Virus record (IMG/VR): IMGVR_UViG_2974629454_000001
Span: 1 to 59,118 of that record
Length of the DNA: 59,118 nt
Reading direction: 5' to 3' (one strand)
Origin: Streptomyces virus LukeCage
Lineage: Duplodnaviria; Heunggongvirae; Uroviricota; Caudoviricetes
The notes beneath the pieces were generated by a model, which was not told where the DNA came from, made no database searches, and was given only the letters and a program-made list of their open reading frames with translations. Position numbers and translations under genes: made by a program. Positions 22,443-32,906 of this stretch are shown here, piece after piece (the first letter of the stretch is position 1; each line of letters begins with the position of its first letter).

Positions 22443-24179
22443 ATGTCCTATCAACTACAGATTCTAGCAGATTCTCCATTCTCTTATTGGAAGCTAGACG
22501 GAAATGGCCCGGTGTACGATGACTCCGCAGGAAGTTTCAGACAAGCTGATCTAACTTCTACTGCGGTCCAGCACCCTGCCCTTGTAACAGGCTCAGGCAA
22601 TGCTCTCGTATTGCAGAATACTAACCAACTCCAGATGGACGACCCTGTTTTCAACAAAGGCTACGAGTCCCGTCAGTTCTCTCTAGAGGCATGGGTCAAG
22701 CCTCTCGCCATCACAGGAGAAGTCAGCGTCATGAGTCACAACTCAAACTATGATGGATTGACGATCACGCAGAACAGAATCTATTTCAGAACAAAGTACC
22801 TTACTGCCCCGGTGTCAGAGATCAGCTACAAGTACGACATTGCTAAGTCTTTTCACGTAGTGGGGGTTCACACAGACGGAAAGAATTCTCTATATGTTGA
22901 CGGACAGCTAGTTGCAGAGATTGATATGACTGACGAGCAGAATGCAGACGCATATAACTTTGTCAGCTCTGATCTGATTGCGGGACAGTCATCAACTTCA
23001 TCAACCATCGCTCTCGACGCTCCAGCAATTTATGCATTTGCGCTTAGCGGAGAAACCATTGCCAAGCATTATTCAAATGGTGTTTCAGTGGACACGAGCG
23101 AAGCAATTGCTGGATACAATGACGCAAGTCACTGGAACTTTGCAGACTCAGCAAGAAACATTGCTGTTTCAAAGCTGTGGGACGACACAGAATGGTCAGA
23201 TGGATCAATGACGGATATTGTCATTGCCAATGATGTGATTGTTCCTTCTTACACTCAGACTGAAACGGAAGAGGTTGTTGACGGAATCATTGTTCCAGTT
23301 TATGAAAACACATCTTTGCCCGGCGTCTGGATTGGCTCAATGGAGCTAGGTATGACAATTGCTGGAATCACAGATGCAGTAATCAGATATAGAGGCGAAG
23401 GATCATTTACCATTGATTGTTCTGTAGATGGAGGAACTAACTGGCAGCCGGTAACAAATGCTGCAACCTTTTCCTTGACAGTAACAGACTCTATTGCTGT
23501 GCGAGTAACTTTTGCCGGTGGAATTGTAGATGACCAAAGCTATGTTGACTGGATTGAAATCGTAGGCTATGCAGACAAGGCATTCCTAGGAACAAGAAAT
23601 GACCGGGCAGCTACCTTGAGTGGTACAGCGGTAATGGCCAGAGAGTTCTACGAGCCTATCGAATACGCAGACGACAATGGTATCAAGATTCTCACTGGAA
23701 ACATCGCGGTGGCAGTTGATGAATCATACAGCGGCGAGGAAGACCCAGGAGATCTTAACATCAATGGAATCGATATGTGGATCAAGCCGGTGGCAGGAAA
23801 CATCATCACTGCTGGATCTGCAACTATTTCACGAGTAGGCAACACAATTACCTTCTCTGGATTCTCAGCAGTAACTGTAAATGGAGTATCTGTTACTAGT
23901 GGCTCAACTGTATTTATCTCAGATAGCTGGTATCACATTGGAGGAGTCTTCACCACACCGGGCAATTACGCATTGACCATGGGTGTGGCAAATTCTCAGA
24001 TCGCTCAGGCATCAGCCATTTATGGAGACATTTCCCTTGCCGGTCTACAGCAGATGTATTCCGCATATCTAGGTCTTCCAGGTCTTTCAATCGATGACAG
24101 TACAGTCGTAGGAATTACGACTCCAGATCCAGAAGCGCTTCTATATGCGCATGTTTGGTCAATTTCTCCTGCTGGATAA
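22443..24179 (+). CDS. LamG/concanavalin-A-like domain virion protein
   Basis: P.SYWKLD, FSLEAWVKP, FHVVGV..G..SLYVDG; leaderless start 6 nt after TATAAT. Confidence 0.8.
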   Translation: MSYQLQILADSPFSYWKLDGNGPVYDDSAGSFRQADLTSTAVQHPALVTGSGNALVLQNTNQLQMDDPVFNKGYESRQFSLEAWVKPLAITGEVSVMSHNSNYDGLTITQNRIYFRTKYLTAPVSEISYKYDIAKSFHVVGVHTDGKNSLYVDGQLVAEIDMTDEQNADAYNFVSSDLIAGQSSTSSTIALDAPAIYAFALSGETIAKHYSNGVSVDTSEAIAGYNDASHWNFADSARNIAVSKLWDDTEWSDGSMTDIVIANDVIVPSYTQTETEEVVDGIIVPVYENTSLPGVWIGSMELGMTIAGITDAVIRYRGEGSFTIDCSVDGGTNWQPVTNAATFSLTVTDSIAVRVTFAGGIVDDQSYVDWIEIVGYADKAFLGTRNDRAATLSGTAVMAREFYEPIEYADDNGIKILTGNIAVAVDESYSGEEDPGDLNINGIDMWIKPVAGNIITAGSATISRVGNTITFSGFSAVTVNGVSVTSGSTVFISDSWYHIGGVFTTPGNYALTMGVANSQIAQASAIYGDISLAGLQQMYSAYLGLPGLSIDDSTVVGITTPDPEALLYAHVWSISPAG

Positions 24180-24184
24180 GCATG

Positions 24185-24210
24185 TGGTCCCGATGTCGGG
24201 GCCACTTTTG
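24185..24210 (+). terminator. Intrinsic terminator
   Basis: GTGGTCCCGA-TG-TCGGGGCCAC-TTTT. Confidence 0.7.
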
Positions 24211-24242
24211 CTTTTTAATACCAATGTCCTTATGATATGTCC

Positions 24243-24578
24243 ATGAAGAAGCAAAGAATGCAGGTAGTAGACGAGGCCGCTTACGGTGTTTACGTCTGGG
24301 AAATGCCTAATGGACAGTGGGTCGGAGACGATGATGGCAATTGGCTCTCCATTGCATCCATGAAGGATGATCAGAAGCGTATTAACGAGCTTACTCAGGC
24401 CGTTCGTCACTACGGAATTATGGTTGGAAAGCCTGTGTTTCTTTCCGGTCATCGCAAGATCGATGACGAGGAATTCGAATATCAGAAGCAGCGTCAGGCG
24501 TTCGGACTTATTCCAGATGAAAACGATATTCCTGCTCTAGTAAGCGAGCAGATCTTTAAGGAGAACAATGACAGATAA
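24243..24578 (+). CDS. Hypothetical protein upstream of the portal, leaderless
   Basis: ATG 6 nt after TATGAT; overlaps the portal start. Confidence 0.75.
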   Translation: MKKQRMQVVDEAAYGVYVWEMPNGQWVGDDDGNWLSIASMKDDQKRINELTQAVRHYGIMVGKPVFLSGHRKIDDEEFEYQKQRQAFGLIPDENDIPALVSEQIFKENNDR

Positions 24579-26139
24579 TCGAGTCGTAGAGGCAGAAGAG
24601 GAACAGTTCATTGAAGTCTCCCTAGGCAACGAAGTCTCAAGAACAATTGATCACGATCCTGATCCATTTTTGAGAAAGGCTTCTGAGATCAAGGAGATGG
24701 ACGGACTTTCACGTTCCTTCAAGATCAGTACCACGAAGCAAATCAATAAGTTCCATCGTGGTATAGACGGTGCTGCCTCAAAGAAGATTGAAACAGAGGA
24801 GATCACCGGATACAACACCTTCAAGGTTCTTCTTCCGCCATACAACCTCGATTATCTTGCAAAGCTTTACGAAGTCTCTCCTCCGCACTATTCAGCGGTA
24901 AAGGCTAAGGTGGCCAACATTGTTGGCCTTGGCTATGATCTTGTAGAAAGCCCGGCGACAAAGCAGGCTCTAGATAAGATTGATGGAGATGAAAAGACCA
25001 AGAAGGCCAGAGCAAAGCTAGAAAGAGAAAAGCAGCGTCTAATGGATTGGATCGCTAGCTGCAATGAAGAAGATGACTTCATTGAAACTCTTATCAAGGT
25101 TTGGACGGATTACGAGGTAACTGGAAACGGCTATCTTGAAATCGGCAGAAAGAACACTGGAGAAATTGGTTACATTGGTCACGTTCCAAGCACTAGCATG
25201 CGAATCCGACAGGCGAGGGATGGCTTTGTTCAGATCATTTCAAACAAGGCCGTATTCTTCCGTAACTTCGGAGACGACAAGACAACCGATCCTATCGGTG
25301 GAGACAGCAGGCCAAATGAAGTAATCCATATCAAGAAGTACGCACCAAGCAATGGATTCTATGGAATTCCCGACATTGTTGCTGCGAAGGCAGCAGTAGC
25401 GGGTAACGAATTCGCCACGCGCTTCAATCTTGACTACTTCGAGAACAAGGCAGTTCCACGTTACGTCATCATTATTAAGGGTGGAAAGCTTTCTCCAGCA
25501 GCAGAGCGCAGAATTACTGAGTTCTTCCAGACTTCCCTAAAGGGTAAGAATCACAGGACTCTTTATGTTCCTCTGCCAGCAGACGAGCAGGACAGAAAGA
25601 CATCATTTGAAATGAAGCCGGTGGAAGCTGGAACCCAGGATTCATCATTCAATAATTACCGTAAGGGAAACCTGAATGACATCCTAATGGCTCACCGAGT
25701 TCCTATCTCAAAGGTTGGTCTTGCAGAAGGTGTCAGCCTAGCAGTTGCCCGTGACGCAGACAAGACTTTTAAGGAGCAAGTCTGTCGTCCAGAACAGACG
25801 ATCTTCGAAAACAAGCTAAACAAGATCATGAGAGAAGTCACTGACGTATTCCTCATTCATCTTAATGAGCTATCTCTTACTGACGAAGATACTCAGAGCA
25901 AGATTGATGAGAGAGCTATTAGAAACCAGTGGATGGTACCTAACGAGATTCGTGCTCGTAAGGGAATGCCTGGTCTCGATGGTGGTGACAAGGTGGTCGA
26001 GCAGAAGCCACAGCAGCAAGCCGAGGCAAGGGCTCAGACAAATCAAACAAGGCAGCGTGACGCAGAACGCTCTGCCAATTCTCCAGACAACTCAGGAGAG
26101 GGAAGAAACGCTAAGGGTGACGGAAGGCAAGTTCAGTGA
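24568..26139 (+). CDS. Portal protein (PBSX-like)
   Basis: 523 aa; TGNGYLEI, NEVIH, FYG.PD, YFEN.A.P, I..AHRVP, NEIR...G.P...GGD. Confidence 0.88.
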   Translation: MTDNRVVEAEEEQFIEVSLGNEVSRTIDHDPDPFLRKASEIKEMDGLSRSFKISTTKQINKFHRGIDGAASKKIETEEITGYNTFKVLLPPYNLDYLAKLYEVSPPHYSAVKAKVANIVGLGYDLVESPATKQALDKIDGDEKTKKARAKLEREKQRLMDWIASCNEEDDFIETLIKVWTDYEVTGNGYLEIGRKNTGEIGYIGHVPSTSMRIRQARDGFVQIISNKAVFFRNFGDDKTTDPIGGDSRPNEVIHIKKYAPSNGFYGIPDIVAAKAAVAGNEFATRFNLDYFENKAVPRYVIIIKGGKLSPAAERRITEFFQTSLKGKNHRTLYVPLPADEQDRKTSFEMKPVEAGTQDSSFNNYRKGNLNDILMAHRVPISKVGLAEGVSLAVARDADKTFKEQVCRPEQTIFENKLNKIMREVTDVFLIHLNELSLTDEDTQSKIDERAIRNQWMVPNEIRARKGMPGLDGGDKVVEQKPQQQAEARAQTNQTRQRDAERSANSPDNSGEGRNAKGDGRQVQ

Positions 26140-26594
26140 CAAGTAAGATTTGGAATAAGACAGACGAAATAGCTCGTGAACTAAGGAAGCCAATCAATAC
26201 AGCCGCGATCTCCATTATGGGTGCCTATACATTCGTTTGGGGATTGTGGCTGGCCCTTCCTTGGGCAACATTTGAACGAAGTCCAATCTATGAGGCAATG
26301 AAGACTTTGGCTCCGGAATTGGTGTGGGGGCCGGTGGCGATGCTTATTGGTCTTCTTATGCTAAGAGGAGTATGGAAGCAGAGTTATAGAGCTTTGCAGG
26401 CAGGAGCTGCGGCAGGATTCTACTACTGGCTTGTCATCGCAGTTTTCTACATTCTTGGATCATGGGAGTCCGTAGGATGGATCAATGCATTCATGGTCAG
26501 CCTGTACTGTGCCTTTGTAGCCATCAACTTGAGGGTAAATAGGAAGTTTATTGATCCTGAGTTGCATGATAATAACAAAGTCAATACTATATGA
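26136..26594 (+). CDS. Four-TM membrane protein
   Basis: Four hydrophobic helices; coupled to the portal and protease genes. Confidence 0.75.
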   Translation: MTSKIWNKTDEIARELRKPINTAAISIMGAYTFVWGLWLALPWATFERSPIYEAMKTLAPELVWGPVAMLIGLLMLRGVWKQSYRALQAGAAAGFYYWLVIAVFYILGSWESVGWINAFMVSLYCAFVAINLRVNRKFIDPELHDNNKVNTI

Positions 26595-27883
26595 ACATGA
26601 AGATTGAAAAGGCATCCTGGCATTCTGATGGAGATAATCTCCGTCTGACTATGCCAATTGCGAAGTATGATGTGGAGAAGCGTCAGGTAAGTGGATTTGC
26701 TACTCTTGACAACTTCGACTCTCATGGCGACATTGTGCTAGCCGAGGCTAGCCAAAAGGCGTTTTCACGATTCCGTGGAAACATTCGTGAGATGCATCAG
26801 CCAATCGCGGTGGGAAAGATGGTCGATTTCAGGGAAGAAGAATTCTACGACCCTACGTCCGAGAAGTTCTACCGTGGCATCTTTGCAACTGTCTATGTTT
26901 CAAAGGGTGCTCAGGACACATGGGAAAAGGTACTTGACGGTACTCTTACGGGATTCAGCATTGGTGGAAATATTGTTGATGCAGAAACCCAGTGGAATAA
27001 GGATGCCGAGACTAACGTAAGATTCATCAAGGACTACGAGCTTATTGAGCTTTCTCTTGTAGACAATCCAGCTAATCAGCTAGCAAATGTATTCAGCATT
27101 CAGAAGACTGCTGATGGCCAGGTGATGAAGGGAATGGTCGCAGAAACTTCCGTAGAGAATGTCTTTTGGTGTCCAAAGGATGAAATTGCAAAGACAACCG
27201 CCGACGAATCATACGCATGTCCAGTGTGCAACAGGTCAATGCAGAATGTCGGATGGTTCGAAACCGATTCCACTTCTCGTTCTGAGAAGATGGCTAAGGT
27301 AATCAACGAATTTAGAAATTCTTCTGACACAGAGGACACTCACGAAGGAGGTGCAGAACAAGTGACTAAGGGAAATGAAGGCGATGCTGTTGCAGAGCAG
27401 GGTCGTGCCGAATCAGAGACTCCAGTTGAGGAATCAACAACTGAGAATGCTCCAGAGGTTGAGGCCGATGGAACTGTTGAGTCCGGTGAGGAAACAGCAG
27501 CAGAGGTAGATGAAGGTGGCGCAGAGGAGCCAAACTTTGAGAAGATGCTAGAACAGGTCCAGGAAACAATTAAGAAGGGCCTAGAGCAGACTCGTGAGGC
27601 CACTGCTGAGGATATTAAGGCTATCGAGGGCAAGGTTGAGGAGATCAACAAGGCTTTCGACTCTAAGTTTACTGAGCTAGTCGAAAAGCACGGCGAACTC
27701 AGCGAAAAGTTTGAAAGCCTTTCCAAGCAGGCTGATGACGTTACAAAGCGTCTAGACAGCGTAGAAAAGGAAACGGCTATTAAGAAGTCCGGCGACGTTG
27801 GCGCGTCAAAGGAGGAGACCATTACCAAGGGTAACGGCTCAAAGTGGGGCGGACACTTCCTCAGTGTATCCGACATTCGATAA
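26591..27883 (+). CDS. Capsid maturation protease fused to a scaffold
   Basis: D..GD.V, REMH...VGK, W.KV.DG.L.GFSIGG, ELSLVD.PAN; acidic coiled-coil C-terminus. Confidence 0.85.
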   Translation: MNMKIEKASWHSDGDNLRLTMPIAKYDVEKRQVSGFATLDNFDSHGDIVLAEASQKAFSRFRGNIREMHQPIAVGKMVDFREEEFYDPTSEKFYRGIFATVYVSKGAQDTWEKVLDGTLTGFSIGGNIVDAETQWNKDAETNVRFIKDYELIELSLVDNPANQLANVFSIQKTADGQVMKGMVAETSVENVFWCPKDEIAKTTADESYACPVCNRSMQNVGWFETDSTSRSEKMAKVINEFRNSSDTEDTHEGGAEQVTKGNEGDAVAEQGRAESETPVEESTTENAPEVEADGTVESGEETAAEVDEGGAEEPNFEKMLEQVQETIKKGLEQTREATAEDIKAIEGKVEEINKAFDSKFTELVEKHGELSEKFESLSKQADDVTKRLDSVEKETAIKKSGDVGASKEETITKGNGSKWGGHFLSVSDIR

Positions 27884-27914
27884 TCTTTGAAAGGAAAAGA
27901 GGTGAACAACAACT

Positions 27915-28910
27915 ATGAGCGATGAGCTAATTGAAAAGGTCATTCGTACTACTGAGGTAGCATCTGGTGGCGGTGGTCTGCTAAACGCAGAACAGTCCAA
28001 CCGATTCATCGATTACATGTGGGAAGCCACTGTTCTCGGTACCCAGGTTCGTACCATCCGTATGAGAGCCGATACAGTTGACATCGACAAGCTCGGAATT
28101 GGTGAGCGTCTGATGAGAGTAGCTACAGAGGCCGTTGACGACGGTGTAAACGCTGGAGCGACCTTCTCTAAGATTTCTCTTACCACCAAGAAGCTTCGTC
28201 TAGACTGGGAAATCTCCACGGAGTCCCTTGAGGACAACATTGAGGGTGAAGCCCTTGAAGACCACATTGCACGTCTAATGGCTACTCAGGCCGGTAACGA
28301 CCTTGAGGATCTAGCTATTAATGGTGACACTGCCCTAACCGGTAATCCACTACTAAAGGCGTTCGATGGATGGCGCAAGCGTGCTCTTGCTGGCGGTCAT
28401 GTAATTGACCATGGAGGTAACGGTGTAGACCGTTCTGTCTTCAACAAGGCCCTAAAGGCTATGCCACGTAAGTACATGCAGCGTCGTAACGGTCTTAAGT
28501 TCTTCACTGGTTCCAATGTAATTCAGGACTACCTATTCAGCCTACAGAACACTTCTGCTGACTACGTTACTCCAGAGGCCCTAGCGGCTGCGGGTATCAA
28601 CAGCAGTGTACGTACTGACGGTCCTGCCGGTTTCACCACCGGTAACGCATTCGGTATTCCAGTGCAGGAGGTTCCTCTATTCGAGGAGACCCTTGATGGT
28701 GACTACTCAGGTGCTTCTGGTGACCACGCAGATGTATGGCTAACATTCCCGCAGAATATGCTATGGGGTGTAAAGCGTGAGGTCCAGATCTTCACTGAGT
28801 TCAAGCCTAAGAAGGACACCACGGAGTACACAATGTACTGCCGTGTAGGTACTCAGATTGAGAACGCCGACGCATTTGTTGTCGTAAAGAACGTCAAGAT
28901 TGCAGCCTAA
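27915..28910 (+). CDS. Major capsid protein (HK97 fold)
   Basis: 331 aa; GG.LNAEQS.RFID, E.LEDNIEG; strongly biased codons; followed by a terminator. Confidence 0.88.
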   Translation: MSDELIEKVIRTTEVASGGGGLLNAEQSNRFIDYMWEATVLGTQVRTIRMRADTVDIDKLGIGERLMRVATEAVDDGVNAGATFSKISLTTKKLRLDWEISTESLEDNIEGEALEDHIARLMATQAGNDLEDLAINGDTALTGNPLLKAFDGWRKRALAGGHVIDHGGNGVDRSVFNKALKAMPRKYMQRRNGLKFFTGSNVIQDYLFSLQNTSADYVTPEALAAAGINSSVRTDGPAGFTTGNAFGIPVQEVPLFEETLDGDYSGASGDHADVWLTFPQNMLWGVKREVQIFTEFKPKKDTTEYTMYCRVGTQIENADAFVVVKNVKIAA

Positions 28911-28928
28911 TTCGTTAGGTGGCAAAAT

Positions 28929-28955
28929 AGAAGGGAGGGCTTCGGCCCTCCTTTC
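28929..28955 (+). terminator. Intrinsic terminator after the capsid gene
   Basis: AGAAGGGAGGGC-TTCG-GCCCTCCTTTCT. Confidence 0.85.
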
Positions 28956-28983
28956 TGTGTTATAATCGTCCTATGGAGGAAAT

Positions 28984-29379
28984 ATGAGTTACAACAAGAT
29001 GAAGGTGGACGAGCTTCGTGAACTGGCTGATGCCTATGCGATTGATGTTGACCCTTCCGACAATAAGTCAGTCATTATAAACAAGCTGATCGAGAGTGGT
29101 GTCACATTTGAATACCATCAGGCTCAGGTGAAGGCAGCCGAAGGTGCTGATAAGGTTCAGGCAGCGCCGGTGTTTGATGAGCCAGCGGAAGATGATGGAT
29201 CTAGTAAGATTCTACTAAGAATGACTAGAGCCAACGGAACATTCGAAGTGCGAGGAGCACGATTCACCCAGACCAATCCTTACGCCCTTGTAGCTGAAAG
29301 AGATGCAGATTACATTATTGAGTCCTATGAGGGATTCCGCATCGCTTCACCAAGAGAAGTCAAGGAATTTTATAGCTGA
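28984..29379 (+). CDS. Hypothetical protein with an N-terminal HeH/Rho-N-like motif
   Basis: MKVDELRELA..Y.I......K..II.KL. Confidence 0.7.
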   Translation: MSYNKMKVDELRELADAYAIDVDPSDNKSVIINKLIESGVTFEYHQAQVKAAEGADKVQAAPVFDEPAEDDGSSKILLRMTRANGTFEVRGARFTQTNPYALVAERDADYIIESYEGFRIASPREVKEFYS

Positions 29380-29381
29380 TA

Positions 29382-29403
29382 AGAGGCCCTTCGGGGCCTC
29401 TTT
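29382..29403 (+). terminator. Intrinsic terminator
   Basis: AGAGGCCC-TTCG-GGGCCTCT-TT. Confidence 0.75.
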
Positions 29404-29436
29404 GCTATTTAAGGTTCGAGGATCTATAATTCATTC

Positions 29437-30309
29437 ATGGAAATTTACAGAGACACTTCCGGCGAAGCTACGCTGGAGCATCCAGTTGCAGGGCCGCTAA
29501 CCGCTGATATTTATCGCGGTGATGAAGTGCTTTCTACAAACCTACCAGTCACGTCATCCAATGGTATTCACACGGTGCAAATCGATTGGCACCTTACAGA
29601 ATACGATGACACATTGAAGATTGTGTGGAAGAAGACGGATTTTCAGAGAGTGACCTGGGTTGATGTAGTCACCCCAATCATTCCTCTTTCTGCTCTCGAC
29701 ACCCTTCTTGATGGCGTATCCACAGAAGATCAGTACGACGCGGAAAGGATCGTACGAAGGATCATTGAGGTTTACACTGGACAGACTTTCGGCAAGTTCC
29801 GAGGAACCAAGGAAGTCACGGGTAATGACAGCACTCAGCTAGCCCTTCCAACGCCTCTCCTGTCATTTACAGATATGTCAGATGACATGTTCATCTACGA
29901 GCCTTCTTCATTTGTTATCAGAGGCGATGGCTGGTTCCTAGGCGGTAAGCCCGGAGCCTATTGGACGATTAAGGACGCACCCCCAGAGGATGTCCTTGAT
30001 GAATTCACCAGCGGCGTGATCTATGCCCCAGGTGTTGTGCCAAAGAGAGACTTTAGATACACATCAGTTTACACAATCACTGGGGACTGGGGATACGAAT
30101 CAGTTCCGGTTGCGGTGGTCGAAGCTGCCAAGATGCTGATTTCAGATTACGCATGCCAGGATAGCTCATACAGAGACAAGTACCTCAATTCAATGAAGGC
30201 TGCCGACTGGAGAATTGAATACACTCAGGCTGCATATGATGGAACTGGAAACCTAAAGGCAGACCAGCTTCTTAACCCATATAAGCTAAGTAACTTGGTG
30301 GTAATATGA
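29437..30309 (+). CDS. Head-to-tail adaptor
   Basis: Position; I..Y.GQ.F and WGY..VP..V..AA; leaderless start. Confidence 0.7.
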   Translation: MEIYRDTSGEATLEHPVAGPLTADIYRGDEVLSTNLPVTSSNGIHTVQIDWHLTEYDDTLKIVWKKTDFQRVTWVDVVTPIIPLSALDTLLDGVSTEDQYDAERIVRRIIEVYTGQTFGKFRGTKEVTGNDSTQLALPTPLLSFTDMSDDMFIYEPSSFVIRGDGWFLGGKPGAYWTIKDAPPEDVLDEFTSGVIYAPGVVPKRDFRYTSVYTITGDWGYESVPVAVVEAAKMLISDYACQDSSYRDKYLNSMKAADWRIEYTQAAYDGTGNLKADQLLNPYKLSNLVVI

Positions 30310-30800
30310 GTTGCCTCATTTCATCAAGATTCAATATGAAGGCCACAGTGCTTCGACAGTCTGGAACTAATCCACAGGAAAATCCCGGTGGGCACTGGGA
30401 AACAGTTCAAGACCCTGATTCTGGTGCCATTGAAAGAGTGTGGGTACCAGACGAAGATAGCGACACGCCTGGCGACCAGACCCTTGTCATTAATTGCATG
30501 GTAAGAGGTGTAACCAATGGAGGTATTCGTGCAGCGGGAACAACTCAGAGATTTTCTGACATCTATGAGAACGTTGACTGGGCAATCATTCAATTCCCTG
30601 CGTCAGTTGTTCTCAGCAAGTACGACAGAGTCACAAACATTTCAAACTCAAAGGGACAGCTCATCTGGCGAGAAGAAGAGATCAATCAAGCGCCAGCTAC
30701 TGTATTCCAAGTTATGGGATCTACTCCCGTAGTTGATCCATTCGGAAATCACATCGAGAATACAGCGCTATTGCAGAGAGCACAGGTTCAGGGTGGCTAA
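30306..30800 (+). CDS. Head-to-tail stopper (putative)
   Basis: Synteny and size. Confidence 0.6.
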   Translation: MSCLISSRFNMKATVLRQSGTNPQENPGGHWETVQDPDSGAIERVWVPDEDSDTPGDQTLVINCMVRGVTNGGIRAAGTTQRFSDIYENVDWAIIQFPASVVLSKYDRVTNISNSKGQLIWREEEINQAPATVFQVMGSTPVVDPFGNHIENTALLQRAQVQGG

Positions 30801-31581
30801 AGGCAAGGCATTTGTTGGTGTGACAGCGGATACGACAGAAGTCAGTGCGCTTACTGGCTTCTTGTCTACTTTGTCTACTCAGATTAAGTCTGATGTCAAC
30901 ATGGCCCCGGTGCTCGACTATGCTCATTCTGTAATGTCAGACAAATTCGACGCCTACATGTCTGTTCTTGCACCAACTGCACCTAATCAATTCCACCACG
31001 TATATGATTGGGGAAGACTCGGTGTGCCACAGCACCAGCTTTGGAAGAATGTTCTTCGAGGCCGTGGAGCCAACAAGTATGCCTCATTTGAATTCAGGGC
31101 ATCTGTGCTCCCTGTGCCAGTACCAGAAGGAGCCAAGAAGCCGTTCATGCGCAAGCACAGGTTCATCTATAAGGCCATGATTATGGAGTACAATATTGGT
31201 GTGACCATCAAGCCTAAGCGAGCAAAGATGCTTGCTTTTCCTAATGAACGTGGAGATATCATTTTCACAAAGGGTCCAGTATTTGTACAAAATCCCGGTG
31301 GCATGGGAACCACTGGAGCATTTACATCAGCATGGTCTAACTGGTGGGGCGGAGCAGGAGCCAATCAGGTATTCAATACCGAGATCAAGAGAGTTCTGGA
31401 AAAGGATCTCGGAGGAAGTGCACTATCAAGATTCATGAGAAAGTTCAAGAAGGCCAAGTTCAGGACAGGTCGAATTGCTGTTGCAGATTCTCGCGCGGCG
31501 ATGGCAGATGGCTCCCGCCTTGCCCTTGAATTCCTACAGGAAAGAAACAGAAAGAACGAGGCGAGGAGGAAGACGCAATGA
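30793..31581 (+). CDS. Neck or tail-completion region protein
   Basis: GTG start overlapping the upstream stop; synteny. Confidence 0.6.
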   Translation: MAKGKAFVGVTADTTEVSALTGFLSTLSTQIKSDVNMAPVLDYAHSVMSDKFDAYMSVLAPTAPNQFHHVYDWGRLGVPQHQLWKNVLRGRGANKYASFEFRASVLPVPVPEGAKKPFMRKHRFIYKAMIMEYNIGVTIKPKRAKMLAFPNERGDIIFTKGPVFVQNPGGMGTTGAFTSAWSNWWGGAGANQVFNTEIKRVLEKDLGGSALSRFMRKFKKAKFRTGRIAVADSRAAMADGSRLALEFLQERNRKNEARRKTQ

Positions 31582-32081
31582 CATATGATATTACAGCAAC
31601 ACACGCACTGAACAAGTTTCTCATTGATCAGCTCAGCGGAGAAGGATTCATTGATCTGACAAAGTACAACGGCTTGTCACCATTCATTCCGGCACAGCAG
31701 CAGCCGGAACTAACAAACCTGCCCTCTGGCGTTCCGTTCTTTGTGTACAATTATGCATCCAATGGCGAATACGAAGACTGGTGGCTTGAGCACGAGCAGG
31801 CTGCATACATTGTTTACTCTGACAATGAGAAGCAGATCAGACAGATTACTAACTATCTGAATCAACTACTCAAGCGATATGACTGGGCTGCTGACGATAT
31901 CAATGATTATCTAAGAGAGTTCGGAACAGCCGAGCAGAAGAAGTTTGAATTCAAGTACACACGAGTGATCAGTATGGCATCAATCGAACCGGCGACAGAT
32001 CAGGGTGGTAGATATTCTGGATCTATTATCGTCAACCTATGTTTCACCTCTCAGCTAAACCAAGAAGGTATGCGAGTCTAA
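31578..32081 (+). CDS. Tail terminator (putative)
   Basis: Immediately before the major tail protein; P..VY motif. Confidence 0.6.
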   Translation: MTYDITATHALNKFLIDQLSGEGFIDLTKYNGLSPFIPAQQQPELTNLPSGVPFFVYNYASNGEYEDWWLEHEQAAYIVYSDNEKQIRQITNYLNQLLKRYDWAADDINDYLREFGTAEQKKFEFKYTRVISMASIEPATDQGGRYSGSIIVNLCFTSQLNQEGMRV

Positions 32082-32186
32082 CGAATTCGCATGATAATCA
32101 ATCTTCATATACTATGAAGGCAATTGAGGAAGTGTGTCTAGCCAACACGACGATATACTTTTTCAGAAAAGAGGTGAAAAGCAAAA

Positions 32187-32810
32187 ATGACGTACAAGGT
32201 TAAGAACATTATCATCGGTGCCGCTGCCGTTTACCTTTCAGCAGAAGACTCTACTGAATGGACCAGTGCACCCGCCCTTCCATCCGTAACCGGAACTGCG
32301 AGTTATGTGCCTGCGCTAGACGGCTCCGCTGACTGGCGTCACACAGGATTTACCAGTGAAGGTGTTGAGGTTTCTTACGAGCCTGACTACGGTGAGGTAG
32401 AGGTTGACCAGCTCCTTGACTCCGCGAAGCTATTCAAGCAGTCCATGCGAGTTATGGTAAACACCACCTTCTCCGAGGCAACTCTTGAGAATCTTCTAGT
32501 CGTTTGGGGACAGCAGAATGATACCTACGATTCCACTGCAACTGAGGAAACTCTAGCTATTGCAGCCGGTTCTCTAGGAGACGAGCCAACTGAGCGTTCC
32601 GTCGCATTCGTTGGTCCTGCACCACGAGCTGATGCAGGTACGAAGAGAGAGCGTATTTACCACGTAAGACGTGCTCTATCAATCGAGTCTTCTTCTCATT
32701 CACTGAGGAGAAATGAGGCTACGGTATTCCCAGTCTCATTCCGTCTACTTCCAGATCCAAGCTTCTCAGGACAGGAATACGGTGTGATCAAGGACAGGAA
32801 CATCGCCTAA
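32187..32810 (+). CDS. Major tail protein
   Basis: 207 aa; G.TSEGVEV.Y.PDY.EVEVDQ; biased codons; followed by a terminator. Confidence 0.85.
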   Translation: MTYKVKNIIIGAAAVYLSAEDSTEWTSAPALPSVTGTASYVPALDGSADWRHTGFTSEGVEVSYEPDYGEVEVDQLLDSAKLFKQSMRVMVNTTFSEATLENLLVVWGQQNDTYDSTATEETLAIAAGSLGDEPTERSVAFVGPAPRADAGTKRERIYHVRRALSIESSSHSLRRNEATVFPVSFRLLPDPSFSGQEYGVIKDRNIA

Positions 32811-32830
32811 TACAACGACTTTCAGCGACT

Positions 32831-32850
32831 GCCCCCGAAAGGGGGCTTTC
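32831..32850 (+). terminator. Intrinsic terminator
   Basis: GCCCCC-GAAA-GGGGGC-TTTC. Confidence 0.75.
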
Positions 32851-32906
32851 GCATTTTGGATTGTGACAATCCGTTGATATAATGATGTCAAACACTAGGA
32901 GGAAAA

